In this document: positions 18,001 to 35,269 of the stretch, piece after piece
Position numbering within the stretch: the first letter of the stretch is position 1
Layout of the letters: each line of letters opens with the position of its first letter
Origin: Eledone cirrhosa
Taxonomy: Eukaryota
NCBI GenBank assembly: GCA_964016885.1
Contig: OZ024742.1
Span: 284,890,001-284,954,000, forward strand
DNA: 64,000 nt
Reading direction: 5' to 3'
The notes under the pieces: generated by a model
Databases searched by the model: none
Seen by the model: only the letters and a program-made list of their open reading frames with translations
Told to the model about the DNA's origin: nothing
Position numbers and translations under genes: made by a program

Positions 18001-21000
18001 ATTACCACATACACCACCACCACCATTACTACAAACACCACCACCACCATTACTACAAACACCACCACCACCATTACTACAAACACCACCACCACCATTA
18101 CCACAAACACCACCACTGCCATTACCACAAACACCACCACTGCCATTACTACAAACACCACCACTGCCATTACTACAAACACCACCACCGCCATTACCAC
18201 AAACACCACCACCACCATTACTACAAACACCACCACCACCATTACTACAAACACCACCACCACCATTACCACGAACACCACCACCACCACCACCATTACT
18301 ACAAACACCACCACCACCATTACCACAAACACCACCACCGCCATTACCACAAACGCCACCACCACCATTACTACAAACACCACCACCACCATTACCACAA
18401 ACACCACCACCACCATTACTACAAACACTCCCACCACCATTACGACAAACACCACCACCACCATTACTACAAACACCACCACCGCCATTACCACAGACAC
18501 CACCACCACCATTACTACAAACACCACCACCACCATTACTACAGACACCACCACCACCATTACTACAAACACCACCACCACCATTACTACATACACCACC
18601 ACCACCATAAACACCACCACCACCACCATTACCACAAACACCACCACCACCATTACTACAAACACCACCACCACCATTACTACAAACACCACCACCACCA
18701 TTACCACAAACACCACCACCACCACCACCATTACTACAAACACTACCACTGCCATTACCACAAACACCACCACCACCATTACTACACACACCACCACTGC
18801 CATTACTACAAACACCACCACCACCATTACCACAAACACCACCACCACCATTACCACAAACACCACCACTGCCATTACTACAAACACCACCACCTCCATT
18901 ACTACAAACACCACCACCACCATTACTACAAACACCACCACCTCCATTACTACAAACACCACCACCTCCATTACTACAAACACCACCACCACCATTACCA
19001 CAAACACCACCACCACCACCACCATTACTACAAACACCACCACCACCATTACCACAAACACCACCACCACCATTACCACAAACACCACCACCACCATTAC
19101 TACAAACACCACCACTGCCATTACTACAAACACCACCACTGCCATTACTACAAACACCACAACTGCCATTACCACAAACACCACCACCACCATTACCACA
19201 AACACCACCACCACCATTACTACAAACACCACCACCTCCATTACTACAAACACCACCACTGCCATTACTACAAACACCACCACCGACATTACCACAAACA
19301 CCACCACCTCCATTACTACAAACACCACCACCACCATTACTACAAACACCACCACCACCATTACTACAAACACCACCACTGCCATTACTACAAACACCAC
19401 AACTGCCATTACCACAAACACCACCACCACCATTACCACAAACACCACCACCACCATTACTACAAACACCACCACCTCCATTACTACAAACACCACCACT
19501 GCCATTACTACAAACACCACCACCGACATTACCACAAACACCACCACCACCATTACTACAAACACCACCACCTCCATTACTACAAACACCACCACCACCA
19601 TTACTACAAACACCACCACCACCATTACCACAAACACCACCACTGCCATTACTACAAACACCACCACCTCCATTACTACAAACACCACCACCACCATTAC
19701 CACAAACACCACCACCTCCATTACTACAAACACCACCACCTCCATTACTACAAACACCACCACCACCATTACTACAAACACCACCACCACCATTACCACA
19801 AACACCACCACTGCCATTACTACAAACACCACCACTGCCATTACCACAAACACCACCACCACCATTACTACAAACACCACCACCTCCATTACTACAAACA
19901 CCACCACCACCATTACTACAAACACCACCACCACCATTACCACAAACACCACCACCTCCATTACTACAAACACCACCACCTCCATTACTACAAACACCAC
20001 CACCACCATTACCACAAACACCACCACCTCCATTACTACAAACACCACCACCACCATTAATACAAACACCACCACCACCATTACCACAAACACCACCACC
20101 ACCATTACTACAAATACCACCACTGCCATTACCACAAACACCACCACCACCATTACTGCAAACACCACCACCTCCATTACTACAAACACCACCACCACCA
20201 TTACTACAAACACCACCACCACCATTAGCACAAACACCACCACCACCATTACTACAAACACCACCACTGCCATTACCACAAACACCACCACCACCATTAC
20301 TACAAACACCACCACTGCCATTACCACAAACACCACCACTGCCATTACTACAAACACCACCACCGCCACCACCATTACTACAAACACCACCACTGCCATT
20401 ACTACAAACACCACCACCACCATTACTACAAACACCACCACCACCATTACTACAAACACCGCCACCGCCATTACTACAAACACCACCACTGCCATTACCA
20501 CAAACACTACCACTGCCATTACCACAAACACCACCACCACCACCACCATTACTACAAACACCACCACTGCCATTACCACAAACACCACCACCGCCATTAC
20601 CACCACCACCACCACCACCATTACTACAAACACCACCACCTCCATTACTACAAACACCACCACCACCATTACTACAAACACCACCACCTCCAATACTACA
20701 AACACCACCACTGCCATTACGACAAACACCACCACCACCACCACCATTACTACAAACACCACCACTGCCATTACCACAAACACCACCACTGCCATTACCA
20801 CCACCACCACCACCACCACCATTACCACAAACACCACCACCTCCATTACTACAAACACCACCACTGCCATTACTACAAACACCACCACCGCCATTACCAC
20901 AAACACCACCACCTCCATTACTACAAACACCACCACCTCCATTACTACAAACACCACCACCACCATTACTACAAACACCACCACCACCATTACCACAAAC

Positions 21001-24000
21001 ACCACCACTGCCATTACTATAAACACCACCACCTCCATTACTACAAACACCACCACCACCATTACCACAAACACCACCACCTCCATTACTACAAACACCA
21101 CCACCTCCATTACTACAAACACCACCACCACCATTACCACAAACACCACCACTGCCATTACTACAAACACCACCACCTCCATTACTACAAACACCACCAC
21201 CACCATTACCACAAACACCACCACCACCATTACTACAAACACCACCACCACCATTACCACAAACACCACCACTGCCATTACCACAAACACCACCACTGCC
21301 ATTACTACAAACACCACCACTGCCATTACTACAAACACCACCACTGCCATTACCACAAACACCACCACCTCCATTACCACCACCACCACCACCACCATTA
21401 CCACAAACACCACCACTGCCATTACTACAAACACCACCACTGCCATTACCACAAACACCACCACTGCCATTACTACAAACACCACCACTGCCATTACTAC
21501 AAACACCACCACTGCCATTACCACAAACACCACCACTGCCATTACTACAAACACCACCACTGCCATTACTACAAACACCACCACCTCCATTACTACAAAC
21601 ACCACCACCTCCATTACTACAAACACCACCACCTCCATTACTACAAACACCACCACCACCATTACCACAAACACCACCACCTCCATTACTACAAACACCA
21701 CCACCTCCATTACTACAAACACCACCACCACCATTACCACAAACACCACCACCGCCATTACCACAAACACCACCACCGCCATTACCACAAACACCACCAC
21801 CTCCATTACTACAAACACCACCACCTCCATTACTACAAACACCACCACCTCCATTACTACAAACACCACCACCTCCATTACTACAAACACCACCACCACC
21901 ATTACTACAAACACCACCACCACCATTACCACAAACACCACCACTGCCATTACTACAAACACCACCACCACCACCACCATTACTACAAACACCACCACTG
22001 CCATTACCACAAACACCACCACCGCCATTACCACCACCACCACCACCACCATTACTACAAACACCACCACTGCCATTACCACAAACACCACCACCACCAC
22101 CACCATTACTAAAAACACCACCACTGCCATTACCACAAACACCACCACCGCCATTACCACCACCACCACCACCACCATTACTACAAACACCACCACTGCC
22201 ATTACCACAAACACCACCACCACCACCACCATTACTACAAACACCACCACTGCCATTACCACAAACACCACCACCGCCATTACCATCACCACCACCACCA
22301 CCATTACTACAAACACCACCACCGCCATTAATACAAACACCACCACCTCCATTACTACAAACACCACCACCACCATTACTACAAACACCACCACCTCCAT
22401 TACTACAAACACCACCACCTCCATTACTACAAACACCACCACCACCATTACTACAAACACCACCACCTCCATTACTACAAACACCACCACTGCCATTACC
22501 ACAAACACCACCACCTCCATTACTACAAACACCACCACCTCCATTACTACAAACACCACCACTGCTATTACCACAAACACCACCACCTCCATTACTACAA
22601 ACACCACCACTGCCATTACCACAAACACACCCACCTCCATTACTACAAACACGACCACCTCCATTACTACAAACACCACCACCACCATTACCACAAACAC
22701 CACAACCACCATTACTACAAACACCACCACTGCCATTACCACAAACACCACCACCTCCATTACTACAAACACCCCCACCACCATTACCACAAACACCACC
22801 ACCTCCATTTCTACAAACACCACCACCTCCATTACTACAAACACCACCACCACCATTACCACAAACACCACCACCTCCATTACTACAAACACCACCACTG
22901 CCATTACCACAAACATCACCACTGCCATTACTACAAACACCACCACTGCCATTACCACAAACATCACCACTGCCATTACTACAAACACCACCACCTCCAT
23001 TTCTACAAACACCACCACCACCATTACTACAAACACCACCACCTCCATTACTACAAACACCACAACCGCCATTACCACAAACACCACCACCTCCATTACT
23101 ACAAACACCACCACCTCCATTACTACAAACACCACCACCTCCATTACTACAAACACCACCACCACCATTACCACAAACACCACCACCTCCATTACTACAA
23201 ACACCAACACCTCCATTACCACAAACACCACCACCACCATTACTACAAACACCACCACTGCCATTACCACAAACACCACCACTGCCATTACTACAAACAC
23301 CACCACCGCCACCACCATTACTACAAACACCACCACTGCCATTACTACAAACACCACCACCACCATTACTACAAACACCACCACCACCATTACTACAAAC
23401 ACCGCCACCACCATTACTACAAACACCACCACTGTCATTACCACAAACACCACCACCGCCATTACCACCACCACCACCACCACCATTACTACAAACACCA
23501 CCACCACCATTACTACAAACACCACCACCACCATTACCACAAACACCACCACTGCCATTACCACAAACACCACCACTGCCATTACTACAAACACCACCAC
23601 TGCCATTACTACAAACACCACCACTGCCATTACCACAAACACCACCAACTCCATTACCACCACCACCACCACCACCATTACCACAAACACCACCACTGCC
23701 ATTACTACAAACACCACCACTGCCATTACCACAAACACCACCACTGCCATTACTACAAACACCACCACTGCCATTACTACAAACACCACCACTGCCATTA
23801 CCACAAACACCACCACTGCCATTACTACAAACACCACCACTGCCATTACTACAAACACCACCACCTCCATTACTACAAACACCACCACCTCCATTACTAC
23901 AAACACCACCACCTCCATTACTACAAACACCACCACCACCATTACCACAAACACCACCACCTCCATTACTACAAACACCACCACCTCCATTACTACAAAC

Positions 24001-27000
24001 ACCACCACCACCATTACCACAAACACCACCACCGCCATTACCACAAACACCACCACCGCCATTACCACAAACACCACCACCTCCATTACTACAAACACCA
24101 CCACCTCCATTACTACAAACACCACCACCTCCATTACTACAAACACCACCACCTCCATTACTACAAACACCACCACCACCATTACTACAAACACCACCAC
24201 CACCATTACCACAAACACCACCACTGCCATTACTACAAACACCACCACCACCACCACCATTACTACAAACACCACCACTGCCATTACCACAAACACCACC
24301 ACCGCCATTACCACCACCACCACCACCACCATTACTACAAACACCACCACTGCCATTACCACAAACACCACCACCACCACCACCATTACTACAAACACCA
24401 CCACTGCCATTACCACAAACACCACCACCGCCATTACCACCACCACCACCACCACCATTACTACAAACACCACCACTGCCATTACCACAAACACCACCAC
24501 CACCACCACCATTACTACAAACACCACCACTGCCATTACCACAAACACCACCACCGCCATTACCATCACCACCACCACCACCATTACTACAAACACCACC
24601 ACCGCCATTAATACAAACACCACCACCTCCATTACTACAAACACCACCACCACCATTACTACAAACACCACCACCTCCATTACTACAAACACCACCACCT
24701 CCATTACTACAAACACCACCACCACCATTACTACAAACACCACCACCTCCATTACTACAAACACCACCACTGCCATTACCACAAACACCACCACCTCCAT
24801 TACTACAAACACCACCACCTCCATTACTACAAACACCACCACTGCTATTACCACAAACACCACCACCTCCATTACTACAAACACCACCACTGCCATTACC
24901 ACAAACACACCCACCTCCATTACTACAAACACGACCACCTCCATTACTACAAACACCACCACCACCATTACCACAAACACCACAACCACCATTACTACAA
25001 ACACCACCACTGCCATTACCACAAACACCACCACCTCCATTACTACAAACACCCCCACCACCATTACCACAAACACCACCACCTCCATTTCTACAAACAC
25101 CACCACCTCCATTACTACAAACACCACCACCACCATTACCACAAACACCACCACCTCCATTACTACAAACACCACCACTGCCATTACCACAAACATCACC
25201 ACTGCCATTACTACAAACACCACCACTGCCATTACCACAAACATCACCACTGCCATTACTACAAACACCACCACCTCCATTTCTACAAACACCACCACCA
25301 CCATTACTACAAACACCACCACCTCCATTACTACAAACACCACAACCGCCATTACCACAAACACCACCACCTCCATTACTACAAACACCACCACCTCCAT
25401 TACTACAAACACCACCACCTCCATTACTACAAACACCACCACCACCATTACCACAAACACCACCACCTCCATTACTACAAACACCAACACCTCCATTACC
25501 ACAAACACCACCACCACCATTACTACAAACACCACCACTGCCATTACCACAAACACCACCACTGCCATTACTACAAACACCACCACCGCCACCACCATTA
25601 CTACAAACACCACCACTGCCATTACTACAAACACCACCACCACCATTACTACAAACACCACCACCACCATTACTACAAACACCGCCACCACCATTACTAC
25701 AAACACCACCACTGTCATTACCACAAACACCACCACCGCCATTACCACCACCACCACCACCACCATTACTACAAACACCACCACCTCCATTACTACAAAC
25801 ACCACCACCACCATTACTACAAACACCACCACCTCCATTACTACAAACACCACCACTGCCATTACGACAAACACCACCACCACCACCACCATTACTACAA
25901 ACACCACCACTGCCATTACCACAAACACCACCACCGCCATTACCACCACAACCACCACCACCATTACCACAAACACCACCACCTCCATTACTACAAACAC
26001 CACCACCTCCATTACTACAAACACCACCACCACCATTACTACAAACACCACCACCTCCATTACTACAAACACCACCACCACCATTACTACAAACACCACC
26101 ACCACCATTACTACAAACACCGCCACCACCATTACTACAAACACCACCACTGCCATTACCACAAACACCACCACCACCACCACCATTACTACAAACACCA
26201 CCACCTCCATTACTACAAACACCACCACCACCATTACTACAAACACCACCACCTCCATTACTACAAACACCACCACTGCCATTACGACAAACACCACCAC
26301 CACCACCACCATTACTACAAACACCACCACTGCCATTACCACAAACACCACCACCGCCACTACCACCACAACCACCACCACCATTACCACAAACACCACC
26401 ACCTCCATTACTACAAACACCACCACCTCCATTACTACAAACACCACCACCACCATTACCACAAACACCACCACTGCCATTACCACAAACACCACCACTG
26501 CCATTACTACAAACACCACCACCGCCATTACCACAAACACCACCACCTCCATTACTACAAACACCACCACCACCATTACCACAAACACCACCACCACCAT
26601 TACCACAAACACCACCACCTCCATTACCACCACCAACACCACCACCATTACCACAAACACCACCACCACCATTACCACAAACACCACCACCTCCATTACC
26701 ACCACCACCACCACCACCATTACCACAAACACCACCACCTCCATTACTACAAACACCACCACCTCCATTACTACAAACACCACCACCACCATTACTACAA
26801 ACACCACCACCTCCATTACTACAAACACCACCACTGCCATTACCACAAACACCACCACTGCCATTACTACAAACACCACCACTGCCATTACTACAAACAC
26901 CACCACCGCCATTACCACAAACACCACCACCTCCATTACTACAAACACCACCACCTCCATTACTACAAACACCACCACCTCCATTACTACAAACACCACC

Positions 27001-30000
27001 ACCACCATTACCACAAACACCACCACCTCCATTACTACAAACACCACCACCACCATTACCACAAACACCCCCACCACCATTACTACAAACACCACCACCA
27101 CCATTACCACAAACACCACCACCACCATTACCACAAACACCCCCACCACCATTACCACAAACACCACCACCACCATTACCACAAACACCACAACCTCCAT
27201 TACTACAAACACCACCACCTCCATTACTACAAACACCACCACCACCATTACTACAAACACCACCACCACCATTACTACAAACACCACCACCTCCATTACT
27301 ACAAACACCACCACTGCCATTACCACCACCACCACCACCACCATTACTACAAACACCACCACTGCCATTACCACAAACACCACCACCACCACCACCATTA
27401 CTACAAACACCACCACTGCCATTACCACAAACACCACCACCGCCATTACCACCACCACCACCACCACCATTACTACAAACACCACCACCGCCATTACTAC
27501 AAACACCACCACCTCCATTACTACAAACACCACCACCTCCATTACTACAAACACCCCCACCACCATTACCACAAACACCACCACCTCCATTACTACAAAC
27601 ACCACCACCTCCATTACTACAAACACCACCACCACCATTACTACAAACACCACCACCTCCATTACTACAAACACCACCACTGCCATTACCACAAACACCA
27701 CCACTGCCATTACCACAAACACCACCACTGCCATTACTACAAACACCACCACCGCCATTACCACAAACACCACCACCTCCATTACTACAAACACCACCAC
27801 TGCCATTACCACAAACACCACCACCTCCATTACTACAAACACCACCACTGCCATTACTACAAACACCACCACCGCCATTACCACAAACACCACCACTGCC
27901 ATTACCACAAACACCACCACTGCCATTACTACAAACACCACCACCACCATTACTACAAACACCACCACTGCCATTACTACAAACACCACCACCACCATTA
28001 CCACAAACACCACCACTGCCATTACTACAAACACCACCACCACCATTACTACAAACACAGCCACTGCCATTACTACAAACACCACCACCACCATTACTAC
28101 AAACACTACCACCACCATTACTACAAACACCACCACCACCATTACCACAAACACCACAACCACCATTACTACAAACACCACCACCACCATTACCACAAAC
28201 ACCACAACCACCATTACTACAAACACCACCACCACCATTACTACAAACACCACCACTGCCATTACTACAAACACCACCACCACCATTACTACAAACACTA
28301 CCACCACCATTACTACAAACACCACCACCACCATTACCACAAACACCACAACCACCATTACTACAAACACCACCACCACCATTACCACAAACACCACAAC
28401 CACCATTACTACAAACACCACCACGGCCATTACTACAAACACCACCACTGCCATTACTACAAACACCACCACCACCATTACTATAAACACCACCACCTCC
28501 ATTACTACAAACACCACCACCACCATTACTACAAACACCACCACCACCATTACTATAAACACCACCACCTCCATTACTACAAACACCACCACCACCATTA
28601 CCACAAACACCACAACCACCATTACTACAAACACCACCACTGCCATTACTACAAACTACCACCACTGCCATTACCACAAACACCACCACCACCATTACTA
28701 CAAACACCACCACCACCATTACTACAAACACCACCACCACCATTACTACAAACACCACCACCACCATTACTATAAACACCACCACCACCATTACTACAAA
28801 CACCACCACCACCACCATTACCACAAACACCACCACTGCCATTACCACAAACACCACCACCACCATTACTATAAACACTACCACTGCCATTACCACAAAC
28901 ACCACCACCACCATTACTACAAACACCACCACCACCATTACTACAAAGACCACCACCACCATTACTATAAACACCACCACTGCCATTACCACAAACACCA
29001 CCACCACCATTACTACAAACACCACCACTGCCATTACCATAAACACCACCACCACCACCACCATTACTACAAACACCACCACTGCCATTACCACAAACAC
29101 CACCACCACCATTACCACAAATACCACCACCACTATTACTACAAACACCACCACTGCCATTACCACAAACACCACCACCACCATTACTACAAACACCACC
29201 ACTGCCATTACCACAAACACCACCACCACCACCACCATTACTACAAACACCACCACCACCATTACTACAAACACCACCACCACCATTACTACAAACACCC
29301 CCACCACCATTACTACAAACACCACCACCACCATTACTACAAACACCACCACCACCATTACCACAAACACCACCACCACCATTACTATAAACACCACCAC
29401 TGCCATTACCACAAACACCCCCACCACCATTACTACAAACACCACCACCACCATTACTACAAACACCACCACCACCATTACCACAAACACCACCACCACC
29501 ATTACTATAAACACCACCACTGCCATTACCACAAACACCACCACCACCATTACTACAAACACCACCACCACCATTACTACAAACACCACCACCACCATTA
29601 CTACAAACACCACCACCACCATTACTACAAACACCACCCCCACCATTACCACAAACACCACCACCACCATTACTATAAACACCACCACTGCCATTACCAC
29701 AAACACCACCACCACCATTACTACAAACACCACCACCACCATTACCACAAACACCACCACTGCCATTACTACAAACACCACCACCACCATTACTACAAAC
29801 ACCACCACCACCATTACCACAAACACCACCACCACCATTACTATAAACACCACCACTGCCATTACCACAAACACCACCATTACTACAAACACCACCACCA
29901 CCATTACCACAAACACCACCACTGCCATTGCTACAAACACCACCACCACCATTACTATAAACACCACCACTGCCATTACCACAAACACCACCACCACCAT

Positions 30001-33000
30001 TACTACAAACACCACCACCACCATTACCACAAACACCACCACTGCCATAACCACAAACACCACCACCACCATTACTACAAACACCACCACTGCCATTACC
30101 ACAAACACCACCACCACCACCACCATTACTACAAACACCACCACTGCCATTACCACAAACACCACCACCACCATTACCACAAACACCACCACCACCATTA
30201 CTACAAACACCACCACTGCCATTACCACAAACACCACCACCACCATTACTACAAACACCACCACTGCCATTACCACAAACACCACCACCACCACCACCAT
30301 TACTACAAACACCACCACCACCATTACTACAAACACCACCACTGCCATTACCACAAACACCACCACCACCATTACTACAAACACCACCACTGCCATTACC
30401 ACAAACACCACCACCACCACCACCATTACTACAAACACCACCACTGCCATTACCACAAACACCACCACCACCATTACCACAAACACCACCACCACCATTA
30501 CTATAAACACCACCACTGCCATTACCACAAACACCACCACCACCATTACTACAAACACCACCACTGCCATTACCACAAACACCACCACCACCACCACCAT
30601 TACTACAAACACCACCACTGCCATTACCACAAACACCACCACCACCACCACCATTGCTACAAACACCACCACCACCATTACTACAAACACCACCACCACC
30701 ATTACTACAAACACCCCCACCACCATTACTACAAACACCACCACCACCATTATTACAAACACCACCACCACCATTACCACAAACACCACCACCACCATTA
30801 CTATAAACACCACCACTGCCATTACCACAAACACCACCACCACCATTACTACAAACACCACCACCACCATTACCACAAACACCACCACTGCCATTACTAC
30901 AAACACCACCTCTGCCATTACTACAAACACCACCACCACCATTACTACAAACACCACCACTGCCATTACCACAAACACCACCACCACCATTACTACAAAC
31001 ACCACCACTGCCATTACCACAAACACCACCACCACCACCACCATTACTACAAACACCACCACTGCCATTACCACAAACACCACCACCACCATTACCACAA
31101 ACACCACCACCACCATTACTATAAACACCACCACTGCCATTACCACAAACACCACCACCACCATTACTACAAACACCACCACTGCCATTACCACAAACAC
31201 CACCACCACCACCACCATTACTACAAACACCACCACCACCATTACTACAAACACCACCACCACCATTACTACAAACACCCCCACCACCATTACTACAAAC
31301 ACCACCACCACCATTACTACAAACACCACCACCACCATTACCACAAACACCACCACCACCATTACTATAAACACCACCACTGCCATTACCACAAACACCC
31401 CCACCACCATTACTACAAACACCACCACCACCATTACTACAAACACCACCACCACCATTACCACAAACACCACCACCACCATTACTATAAACACCACCAC
31501 TGCCATTACCACAAACACCACCACCACCATTACTACAAACACCACCACCACCATTACTACAAACACCACCACCACCATTAATACAAACACCACCACCACC
31601 ATTACTACAAACACCACCACCACCATTACCACAAACACCACCACCACCATTACTATAAACACCACCACTGCCATTACCACAAACACCACCACCACCATTA
31701 CTACAAACACCACCACCACCATTACCACAAACACCACCACTGCCATTACTACAAACACCACCACTGCCATTACCACAAACACCACCACCACCATTACTAC
31801 AAACACCACCACCACCATTACTACAAACACCACCACCACAATTACTACAAACACCACCACCACCATTACTACAAACACCACCACCACCATTACCACAAAT
31901 ACCACCACCACCATTACTATAAACACCACCACTGCCATTACCACAAACACCAACACCACCATTACTACAAACACCACCACCACCATTACCACAAACACCA
32001 CCACTGCCATTACTACAAACACCACCACCACCATTACTACAAACACCACCACCACCATTACTACAAACACCACCACCACCATTACCACAAACACCACCAC
32101 CACCATTACTATAAACACCACCACTGCCATTACCACAAACACCACCACCACCATTACTACAAACACCACCACCACCATTACCACAAACACCACCACTGCC
32201 ATTGCTACAAACACCACCACCACCATTACTATAAACACCACCACTGCCATTACCACAAACACCACCACCACCATTACTACAAACACCACCACCACCATTA
32301 CCACAAACACCACCACTGCCATAACCACAAACACCACCACCACCATTACTACAAACACCACCACTGCCATTACCACAAACACCACCACCACCACCACCAT
32401 TACTACAAACACCACCACTGCCATTACCACAAACACCACCACCACCATTACCACAAACACCACCACCACCATTACTACAAACACCACCACTGCCATTACC
32501 ACAAACACCACCACCACCATTACTACAAACACCACCACTGCCATTACCACAAACACCACCACCACCACCACCATTACTACAAACACCACCACCACCATTA
32601 CTACAAACACCACCACTGCCATTACCACAAACACCACCACCACCATTACTACAAACACCACCACTGCCATTACCACAAACACCACCACCACCATTACTAC
32701 AAACACCACCACCACCATTACTACAAACACCACCACCACCATTACTACAAACACCACCACCACCATTACTACAAACACCACCACCACCATTACCACAAAC
32801 ACCACCACCACCATTACTATAAACACCACCACTGCCATTACCACAAACACCACCACCACCATTACTACAAACACCACCACCACCATTACCACAAACACCA
32901 CCACTGCCATTACTACAAACACCACCACTGCCATTACCACAAACACCACCACCACCATTACTACAAACACCACCACCACCATTACTACAAACACCACCAC

Positions 33001-35030
33001 CACCATTACCACAAACACCACCACCACCATTACTATAAACACCACCACTGCCATTACCACAAACACCACCACCACCATTACTACAAACACCACCACCACC
33101 ATTACCACAAACACCACCACTGCCATTACTACAAACACCACCACCACCATTACTACAAACACCACCACCACCATTACCACAAACACCACCACCACCATTA
33201 CTATAAACACCACCACTGCCATTACCACAAACACCACCACCACCATTACTACAAACACCACCACCACCATTACCACAAACACCACCACTGCCATTACTAC
33301 AAACACCACCACCACCATTACTATAAACACCACCACTGCCATTACCACAAACACCACCACCACCATTACTACAAACACCACCACCACCATTACCACAAAC
33401 ACCACCACTGCCATTACCACAAACACCACCACCACCATTACTACAAACACCACCACTGCCATTACCACAAACACCACCACCACCACCACCATTACTACAA
33501 ACACCACCACTGCCATTACCACAAACACCACCACTGCCATTACCACAAACACCACCACCACCATTACTACAAACACCACCACTGCCATTACCACAAACAC
33601 CACCACCACCACCACCATTACTACAAACACCACCACTGCCATTACCACAAACACCACCACCACCATTACCACAAACACCACCACCACCATTACTACAAAC
33701 ACCACCACTGCCATTACCACAAACACCACCACCACCATTACTACAAACACCACCACCACCATTACTACAAACACCACCACCACCATTACTACAAACACCA
33801 CCACCACCATTACTACAAACACCACCACCACCATTACCACAAACACCACCACCACCATTACTATAAACACCACCACTGCCATTACCACAAACACCACCAC
33901 CACCATTACTACAAACACCACCACCACCATTACCACAAACACCACCACTGCCATTACTACAAACACCACCACTGCCATTACCACAAACACCACCACCACC
34001 ATTACTACAAACACCACCACCACCATTACTACAAACACCACCACCACCATTACCACAAACACCACCACCACCATTACTATAAACACCACCACTGCCATTA
34101 CCACAAACACCACCACCACCATTACTACAAACACCACCACCACCATTACCACAAACACCACCACTGCCATTACTACAAACACCACCACCACCATTACTAC
34201 AAACACCACCACCACCATTACCACAAACACCACCACCACCATTACTATAAACACCACCACTGCCATTACCACAAACACCACCACCACCATTACTACAAAC
34301 ACCACCACCACCATTACCACAAACACCACCACTGCCATTACTACAAACACCACCACCACCATTACTATAAACACCACCACTGCCATTACCACAAACACCA
34401 CCACCACCATTACTACAAACACCACCACCACCATTACCACAAACACCACCACTGCCATTACCACAAACACCACCACCACCATTACTACAAACACCACCAC
34501 TGCCATTACCACAAACACCACCACCACCACCACCATTACTACAAACACCACCACTGCCATTACCACAAACACCACCACCACCATTACCACAAACACCACC
34601 ACCACCATTACTACAAACACCACCACTGCCATTACCACAAACACCACCACCACCACCATTACTACAAACACCACCACTGCCATTACCACAAACACCACCA
34701 CCACCACCACCATTACTACAAACACCACCACCACCATTACTACAAACACCACCACTGCCATTACTACAAACACCACCACGACCATTACTACAAACACCAC
34801 CACTGCCATTACCACCACCACCACCACCACCATTACTACAAACACCACCACTGCCATTACTACAAACACCACCACCTCCATTACTACAAACACCACCACT
34901 GCCATTACTACAAACACCACCACCACCAGTACTACAAACACCACCACTGCCATTACTACAAACACCACCACCACCATTACTATAAACACCATCACCACAG
35001 ACACTACCACCGCCATTTCAACAAATAGCA
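1..35030. repeat. Giant 24-bp minisatellite, consensus (ACC)3-ATT-ACY-ACA-AAC-ACC, roughly 1,400 units, open at the left window edge
   Basis: Continuous tandem units. Variation is mainly ACC/GCC/TCC before ATT, ACT/ACC, and gains or losses of whole ACC triplets. One +1 insertion (T at 28657). Decays into unique sequence near 35000-35050. Copy number estimated from length/24. Confidence 0.98.
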
Positions 35031-35269
35031 ACATTACAACAAGCCCCATTAATTACACTCACCACTTATACATTAATTTACGATTTGGATGTTCAGTTGA
35101 TCGAACAACAAATTGCTCATCGTCGAAACCGACGGAGAATCCATCATATTTTGTTGCAGCAACGTTTCAACCTTGAGAGGATTTATCTGTGGATCACAAT
35201 TTTTTTTCTTTAAATAGTCATGGCAGTGAAGAAAATGGCCAGTCTTTGTAATGATGTCCTTGTCTCGAG

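Noticed and set aside
12179-18610. Pro-rich extensin-like ORFs (1698 and 438 aa)
   Set aside because: Alternative frame of the same minisatellite, started by chance TTG codons and closed by recurrent TAA variants.
6862-31581. 8239-aa ORF with Thr-rich then His-rich halves as a real protein
   Set aside because: The ATG is a chance ATT>ATG variant inside the array and the His-rich half is only the same repeat read after the +1 insertion. The His frame is broken by recurrent TAA variants elsewhere.
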